A stretch of 48,420 bases of DNA from Intoshia linei (Eukaryota > Animalia > Orthonectida), in NCBI GenBank assembly GCA_001642005.1, contig LWCA01000141.1, forward strand, positions 1 to 48,420, in the 5' to 3' direction. Shown here piece after piece: positions 42,701-48,420 of this stretch. Positions within the stretch are counted from its first letter, which is position 1; every line of letters begins with the position of its first letter. The notes under the pieces were generated by a model. That model was not told the DNA's origin. It did not search any database and saw only the letters and a list, made by a program, of their open reading frames with translations. A program made the translations under genes and the position numbers.

Positions 42701-45700
42701 TACAAATCACAATTATCAATTCTTTAAAGGAGTGATTTCCAAACTTGTTTCAGGTGGAACCGTCATATCACATTAATTTTTAATTTAAAGTGAATTATTC
42801 CATCTTAATTTTGTTTTGTTAACATTTGTGTAACGAATTTTAAAATGTTGTTATCCCATTTTTTTAATTTATTAGACAGAATGTGTGTATAATATTAAAA
42901 ATAAAGTAAAAACAGTCCAATCCTAAAAATTGTCATAAATAGCATAAATTCCAAAAAAATAAAATTAGTCCAATACTAAAAATTGTCATAAAGGTGTGAG
43001 TTTTGGAAATTGAAATTTATATTATTATATGCAAAAATTGTAATAAATAGCATAAATTGCAAAAAAAATAAAATTATAAAAACCTATTTTTTGATTTCCA
43101 ATGTGATAAATTATCACTGATAATATATATTCAGTACCAATTTAATAAATACTTAAAAATACCAATTATGTATGAATAATTAACGGAATCAGCACTTTAT
43201 AAACATATTTCAAATGAATTTTACCAATATTGCAAAGAATTTTAATAAATATAAAAATTATAATATCAAAGTTGTATTACTTTTAGTAATTGTTGTTGTA
43301 GTTTTGATTTAAATTTTTATTTTAATCGAAATATTTGAAAAATATTAGTTGATAATATATTCAAAAATTATTTTTCACCGGGATTGCGTAGATTTTTAGG
43401 GTTGAAATTTTGTTTTATATCAACTGGAATAAGCTCTATCAGAATTATCTTTTTTTTTTAATTTTCGGACCGTTAATTATTTCACATTTTTTGTTTTAAT
43501 AAAAAATACATGAATAATAAAATGCTTTTTTGACCGTGAAGTCGTCACTTATTCAGATTGAAATGTTTTGTGTGTGTTAACAGATACAACTGTATCACTT
43601 GTACATTTTTTAATTCTAGTGCTGTTTTCATAAAAAAAAGGGTAATTTGTGGTTTTGTCTCTGAAGATATAATTTTTTTAAATTTGAATTTATGATAATG
43701 TTCATGATTTTAAAATCCGTATCAGCGTATATATTTTTTTAAATTCTCTAACTCGTTTGATTTTCAAAAAAAGGACAATGCGGGTTTTTGACCCATAAGA
43801 TGTGAGTTTGGGAGGTTGAAATTTATCTTAATATACGTCCCGGAAAAAAACTGTAATTGAAATATGGTCTTTAAAAAATTCTAAGATGGGTAGTTATTTA
43901 AATCAAGCGTAACACACACACAAACAAAAATCGCGTAGCATTCTATAATATGCTAATATATAATTATATAAGTTAGGATATAATATAATAACTTAAATTT
44001 CAAAAAACTGAAATTGTAAATAACTTTTCCAATGTAAGTAAATAGTGGGAATATTAGTTGGCCCATAGCGGCATTGTGGTCTCTGGTTAACGAAAATTAT
44101 TTGATTAATTTTAATAAAATATCGTTCTAGTATCAGAAGAAATGAACAGTAAATAATGTCTATAATATATATCACATTAAGAATTATTATTTTAATTTTT
44201 TAAAAAAAAATTTAGTTGAAAATTCATGATATATTTGAATTTCAACTGTCAACAAAGTATCCCAAACCTGATGATTATTATTAATAAATACAAATATAAT
44301 TGGCTATAATAATATACATATAATAATATATGTTTAATAAGCATTGTTTATTTTATAAATTAATTTCACATTCTATATTAGTTGGATGACTTACGATATC
44401 TAGTTACTCAAGATTTATTACCCATTGAACGTCAAATAATATCACCACTCATTGTCGTTGAAGTACATTCACGTGAGGTTATTCTAAAACTGATTGAAGA
44501 CAAAGTGCATAATATAAATGATTTTGAATGGATTAAACAATTACGTTATTATTGGGAAGAAAAAAATATGTCAATGAGAATCATAAATGCTTCATTTCCC
44601 TATGAATATGAATATTTAGGAAATAGGTAATACATTTCGATTTTACATAATGAAATCACAGATTGTTAACATGTTTAAATAATTTTATTCATCCTCACAT
44701 GTTGATCAAAATGATATGAATCATGCTTGAAATGAATCAATTACTATATTGAAAAATTAATTATTTCATTCAGGATTGAAAATTTGACATTATATCATTT
44801 TACTTTATTAGTTAACTAGGTTGATTGTTAATTACATAGAGCACGTAGTTCTGCAAGGGGACTTTTTTAATTCTTCCAAAAAAAATAAATTCAATTATAA
44901 AATCCTACTTAAAAATGCTACTATTCACTATTATCAATCCTTGAATGGAGTGGTTCGATAATTTTTTTCACCATGGACCGTAATTCCACATTATGTTTTA
45001 ATTTATAGTAAATTATTCCAACTTAATTTTATTTTGTTAATATTTGTGATCCTATTTTTTTAATTCTAGGACTATTATCATTTTTTAATATAAGATTAAT
45101 CTGTTGTTTTGATCGTGATTTTGACACTTTTTTGAGATTATGATTTATAATAATGTTTAAATTTTAAAAACTATTCTACAATTCATGTTGCATAAAATTC
45201 TAGGACCTTTTTAATTTATCAAAAAAAGGTTTATTTGGGTTTTGGCCGTGAAAATATCAGATTTTGAAATTGTAATTTATCATAATGAAGACTCTTTAGG
45301 CCCCTGGTGGGTCCAAGCCCCAACAACTGGACTAGATTACTGTTATGTACTTCGTACGAACAGTGTTTAGCTCTTCCCAGGGGACTTTTTAAATTTTAAC
45401 AAAAATTAATTCAATAATAAAATTTTACATAAATATCTCACAATCAGTTGAATTAAAAAAATTAGATTTATCTACATATTTAAATGTATATGGTTTTATA
45501 AAGAGCTTATTAAGATTGTTACTTTTGAGAGCGATCAATATTGTAGATATGTATACTAATTTAATATAAAATAAATTTTTAATAATGCAGTATCGTACAG
45601 TGTATGTTATTTAATATTTTAGTGGACGGCTGGTTATTACACCTTTGACGGATCGTTGCTATTTAACTTTAACTGGAGCTTTACATCTGAAATTGTAATT

Positions 45701-48359
45701 ATTGTTTTAAATTAAAATTATTGATATAGTGGTGGAGCACCGGCAGGTCCGGCGGGCACAGGCAAAACGGAAACAACTAAAGATTTAGCTAAAGCATTTG
45801 CTATTCAATGTGTTGTTTTTAATTGCTCAGACCAGCTTGATTATATGGCAATGGGAAAGTTCTTTAAAGGCTTAGCTTCTTCTGGTGCTTGGGCATGTTT
45901 CGATGAATTTAATCGGTAAAAATTAAAAAAATGTTATCCTTTATTTATAGAATCTATGTCGAAGTTCTTTCGGTAATTGCTCAGCAGATTACAACAATTC
46001 AGAAAGCTCAACAACAAAAAGTCGATAGATTCATATTTGAAGGTGCTGAAATTGATTTAAAAGCTTCTTGTGCTATTTTTATTACTATGAATCCCGGATA
46101 TGCAGGTAAATTTTAATCCCATGTCATAATTTTAACATAGGTCGAACGGAACTACCAGATAACTTGAAGGCGTTATTTAGACCCGTTGCTATGATGGTTC
46201 CAGATTATGCAATGATTGCGGAAATTTCAATATTTTCGTATGGATTTAGAGACGCTAAAAATTTGTCAAAAAAAATTACCATTACTTTTAAACTAAGTAA
46301 GTGATTATTTGATGTGTATATTTAATATTATAAGTTTTTTCTTATTTAAATTAATATTGTTTTATTAACTTATTGAAATTATTAGGTTCCGAACAATTAA
46401 GCAACCAAAACCACTATGATTTTGGTATGAGGGCTGTGAAATCGGTAATTCTTGCTGCCGGTAATTTAAAACAACAAAATATTGATATGGATGAATCTTT
46501 ATTAACTTTACGTGCAATTAAGGATGTAAATGTGCCCAAATTTTTGGAAAACGATAAAAAGCTTTTTAATGGAATCATTTCTGATTTATTTCCAAATATT
46601 GATGAAACTCCAATAGATTATGGTTTATTCTACGATACATTATGCAAGGTCGCGCAAGAAAACTACAACTTGGAACCAATCGAGTCCTTTATCGATAAAT
46701 GTATTCAACTTTATGAAACAACAGTTGTTCGTCATGGTTTAATGATTGTGGGTCCAACCGGGTCGGGTAAAACAATGTGTTATCAAGTTTTACGTGATAC
46801 AATGACTCAATTAAATGGCGAACCGAATCCATCTGGTTCAAATTTCAAACCTGTCCAGTCACACGTTTTAAATCCCAAGGTATACTATGAGAAAATTATT
46901 ATATAGCAGATTTTCTTAAATAAGAGATAAAAATAAATAAATTCACTCATTTTTTATTTTGGTTAAAAATCTTTCAATTTAAAAATTCGGAGGGACGAAA
47001 TTTCATAATTTTGGAATGAAAATTTAAACCCCTGTTATATATTAATTTTTATCTAAGTTTCTAATTTTTGTATATTTATCTATTTTTATCTAGTCTATTA
47101 CTATGGGACAATTATATGGAGAGTTTGACGCAATGACTCATGAGTGGACAGATGGAATATTGAGTTATATGATTCGTACAGACGTTTCTTCACAAACTAG
47201 TGATTACATATGGTATATATTCGATGGACCCGTCGATGCAATATGGATTGAAAATATGAACACGGTTCTAGATGACAATAAAAAATTATGTTTGGCAAGT
47301 GGAGAAATTATAAAATTAACAGACGTTATGACGATGATATTCGAAGTAATGGATTTAGCGGTAGCCTCTCCAGCTACAGTAAGTCGATGTGGTATGATAT
47401 ATCTTGAACCATCATTATTGGGATTCAAACCATTCATAGATTGCTGGCTTAAAAAAATACCAGAAATTTTTTCAAAATATAAGGAAAAGTTGCAAAATCT
47501 CTTTGATACATATTTAAGAAATACAATATCGTTTTTAAGAGAAAATATGACAGAGATTGTTTCCACCATGGATAGTAATCTAATATTTAGTATGCTGAAT
47601 TTAATTGATTGTTTTTTTGCAAATGTGGTTAAAGACGAAAATATTTTCCTAAATATCCCTCAACAAAGGTTAGACAGGTTACAAGATTTGATTGAACCAT
47701 GGTTTTTCTTTTCTTTGATATGGAGTGTTGGTGTGACAAGTGATTCCTTATCGGACAGAAAAAAATTTGATTTTTGGATTAGAAATGAAATGAAGAATAA
47801 CAATGAAAATATGATGTTTCCAGAAGAAAATCTTGTATATGACTATGCTATTGATGAGGCGTCAATTTATAGCCCAAAGCTTGAAGATGAAGAAGAGGAA
47901 GAACAATTATTGAAAAAGGAAATCAAATGGATTAATTGGATCGATACGATACCAACTTATAGAGCTGACCCCTCGTGCAAATTTTGCGATATTATTGTTC
48001 CGACTTCTGATACGACTGCCACTTCTTTTTTACTGAAACATTTGTTACTCAATAATAAATTGGTTCTTATTGTTGGACCAACTGGAATAGGAAAAACGTT
48101 ATCGATTACAAACACATTAGCTAATCAATTACCGTCATCTTACTTATTGGAAATATTGACTTTTTCAGCTAAAACTAGTGTTAATCAAACTCAAGATACT
48201 ATAGATAATCGACTTGATAAACGAAGGAAAGGAGTGTATGGGCCACCCTTAGGAAAATACTGCATTTTCTTTATTGATGATCTAAATATGCCAGCACCAG
48301 ACACTTTTGGGTCTCAGCCACCAATTGAACTTTTGAGACAATGGTCTGATTGGAAATCC
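24777..48359 (+). CDS. DNAH1: Axonemal inner-arm dynein heavy chain 1-like, 3' partial; exons 24777-24938, 25813-25885, 26861-26949, 28264-28352, 28894-29216, 30369-30527, 30723-31124, 31166-31548, 31624-31754, 32167-32317, 32363-32556, 32753-32978, 34282-34401, 35104-35484, 35728-35926, 35999-36111, 36210-36350, 36419-36631, 36668-36832, 36904-37131, 37375-37554, 37962-38099, 44382-44626, 45623-45694, 45730-45915, 45951-46105, 46141-46296, 46386-46879, 47094-48359
   Basis: Continuous frame across 29 GT-AG exons. DNAH1-type N-terminal motifs [13 protein letters not shown] and [15 protein letters not shown]. Linker [25 protein letters not shown]1 GPAGTGKT...CFDEFNR, AAA2 GPTGSGKT...[28 protein letters not shown]3 GPTGIGKT...FIDDLNMP. 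The first three exons are inferred from phase and open frame only and are less certain. Confidence 0.93.
26598..26790 (+). mobile_element. Helitron 5' fragment in dynein intron
   Basis: A|TCCTAACTTATAT..ATGCTACGCGATTTTTGTTTGTGTGTG. Confidence 0.75.
27370..27885. mobile_element. hAT (Buster-type) MITE in dynein intron
   Basis: Imperfect TIR CAGTGGTTATCAACC...GGATGAGAAACACTG; degenerate TSD TCCTAAAC/TTCTAAGC; subterminal GTTCCG repeats. Confidence 0.7.
28455..28815. repeat. Degenerate minisatellite (TTGGTAAAA-rich subunits, ~120 bp higher-order unit); reverse-complement relative of about 13900-14180
   Basis: Repeated AAAAATATTGGTAAAA..GATTTTT..TTAAGG.TTGGTAAAA..GTTTTTTCTTTTGG.ATCA; the adjacent unique flank is also shared with 13900-13980. 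Confidence 0.75.
29714..30175 (+). mobile_element. Helitron 5' fragment (second 5'-end type) in dynein intron
   Basis: A|TCCTTTACTGGTATCAAATTGAGTGTCTGTGTGTTACCGTTTATT followed by family internal modules (CACGGTCAAAAC; GCATTATCATAAAT). Confidence 0.6.
33110..33959 (-). mobile_element. 3'-truncated Helitron in dynein intron, with an internal ~50 bp triplication (about 33632-33782)
   Basis: The 5' end AAGTTAGGA|T lies at 33959 and the copy is colinear with 43320-43978. It carries three copies of TTTTTTAAATTCTCCAACTCGTTTGATTTTCAAAAA. Confidence 0.8.
38165..39080 (-). mobile_element. Helitron copy cut by an assembly N at 39081
   Basis: Colinear with 42665-43826; the last 309 bp are identical to 43518-43826. 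Confidence 0.8.
39081..39081. other. Single N: probable contig join
   Basis: The only ambiguous base seen. A Helitron on the left and a Tc1 relic on the right both stop abruptly at it. Confidence 0.85.
39082..39593 (-). mobile_element. Left end of a Tc1-like transposon with frameshifted transposase N-terminus, truncated by the N
   Basis: TA|CAGACCCGTCCATATGTTTTGAGCACTT terminus. ATG at 39306 gives [29 protein letters not shown] / [10 protein letters not shown]...KKGRPRK (paired-like HTH plus GRPR). Confidence 0.75.
40041..42472 (+). CDS. 5'-partial 10-exon gene (~389 aa) inside the dynein intron; helical/ARM-like protein resembling the post-kinase C-terminal half of STKLD1 (SgK071); exons 40041-40153, 40585-40821, 40860-40921, 41040-41106, 41345-41494, 41562-41690, 41888-42019, 42090-42233, 42295-42374, 42416-42472
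   Basis: Ten consecutive GT-AG exons splice in frame without stops to TAA at 42470-42472, followed by AATAAA near 42496. The C-terminus [24 protein letters not shown]...[39 protein letters not shown] follows the residue pattern I recall for the STKLD1 C-terminus (NA..L....SE..A...L..I........VE....L..L..YEE). The gene structure is more certain than the STKLD1 assignment. Confidence 0.8.
42592..43978 (-). mobile_element. Full-length non-autonomous Helitron (~1.39 kb)
   Basis: On the minus strand it starts A|TCCTAACTTATAT...GCTACGCGATTTTTGTTTGTGTGTGTG and ends with the hairpin CTGTTAGTAC-GTA-GTACATAACAG then TCAACCTAG|T. It sits between A and T with no TSD, and many partial copies occur in the window. 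Confidence 0.88.
44816..45440 (-). mobile_element. Two tandem Helitron 3' fragments (CTAG at 44816 and 45332)
   Basis: ACTAGGTTGATTGTTA... and ACTAGATTACTGTTATGTACTTCGTACGAACAG match the family 3' terminus. Confidence 0.7.
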
Positions 48360-48420
48360 GTAATTTTATATTAAAAATTATTTTTCATCGAGAATGCGTA
48401 GATTTCTTGGGTTGAACTTT

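Noticed and set aside
47204-47569. Antisense ORFs over real exons (also 6605-6793, 24764-25024, 36905-37150, 37383-37583, 41298-41570)
   Set aside because: They are shadows of coding exons on the other strand, with no motifs or splice support.
24777-48359. Alternative genetic code or non-canonical splicing
   Set aside because: All exons translate without internal stops in the standard code, and all inferred introns are GT-AG.

Overview
Very AT-rich, intron-containing animal genomic DNA (not prokaryotic). The left part holds a complete six-exon, two-zinc-finger GATA1/2/3-class transcription factor on the minus strand (8869->3459, about 644 aa) with an atypical N-terminal finger. A ~15.9 kb transposon-rich spacer follows. 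An axonemal inner-arm dynein heavy chain (DNAH1-like) then runs on the plus strand from about 24777 past the window end (29 phase-consistent exons, tail through AAA3). Inside the 6.3 kb dynein intron (38100-44381) is a second, same-strand, 10-exon gene fragment (40041-42472) that the ORF track mostly misses. It encodes a helical/ARM-like protein resembling the C-terminal half of STKLD1, with no kinase exons visible. It is bracketed by Helitron copies, a single N (39081) and an exact 309-bp duplication, so it is either a real nested or transduced gene or an assembly chimera. Non-coding DNA is dominated by a non-autonomous Helitron family (TC...hairpin-CTAG). There are also hAT (Buster- and Ac-type) elements with intact TSDs, a piggyBac-type MITE, and pogo/Tigger, Tc1 and Buster transposase relics. 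Family assignments come from motif recognition by eye, not database searches. The 35-45 bp micro-introns and low GC suggest a compacted invertebrate genome such as an orthonectid (inference only).
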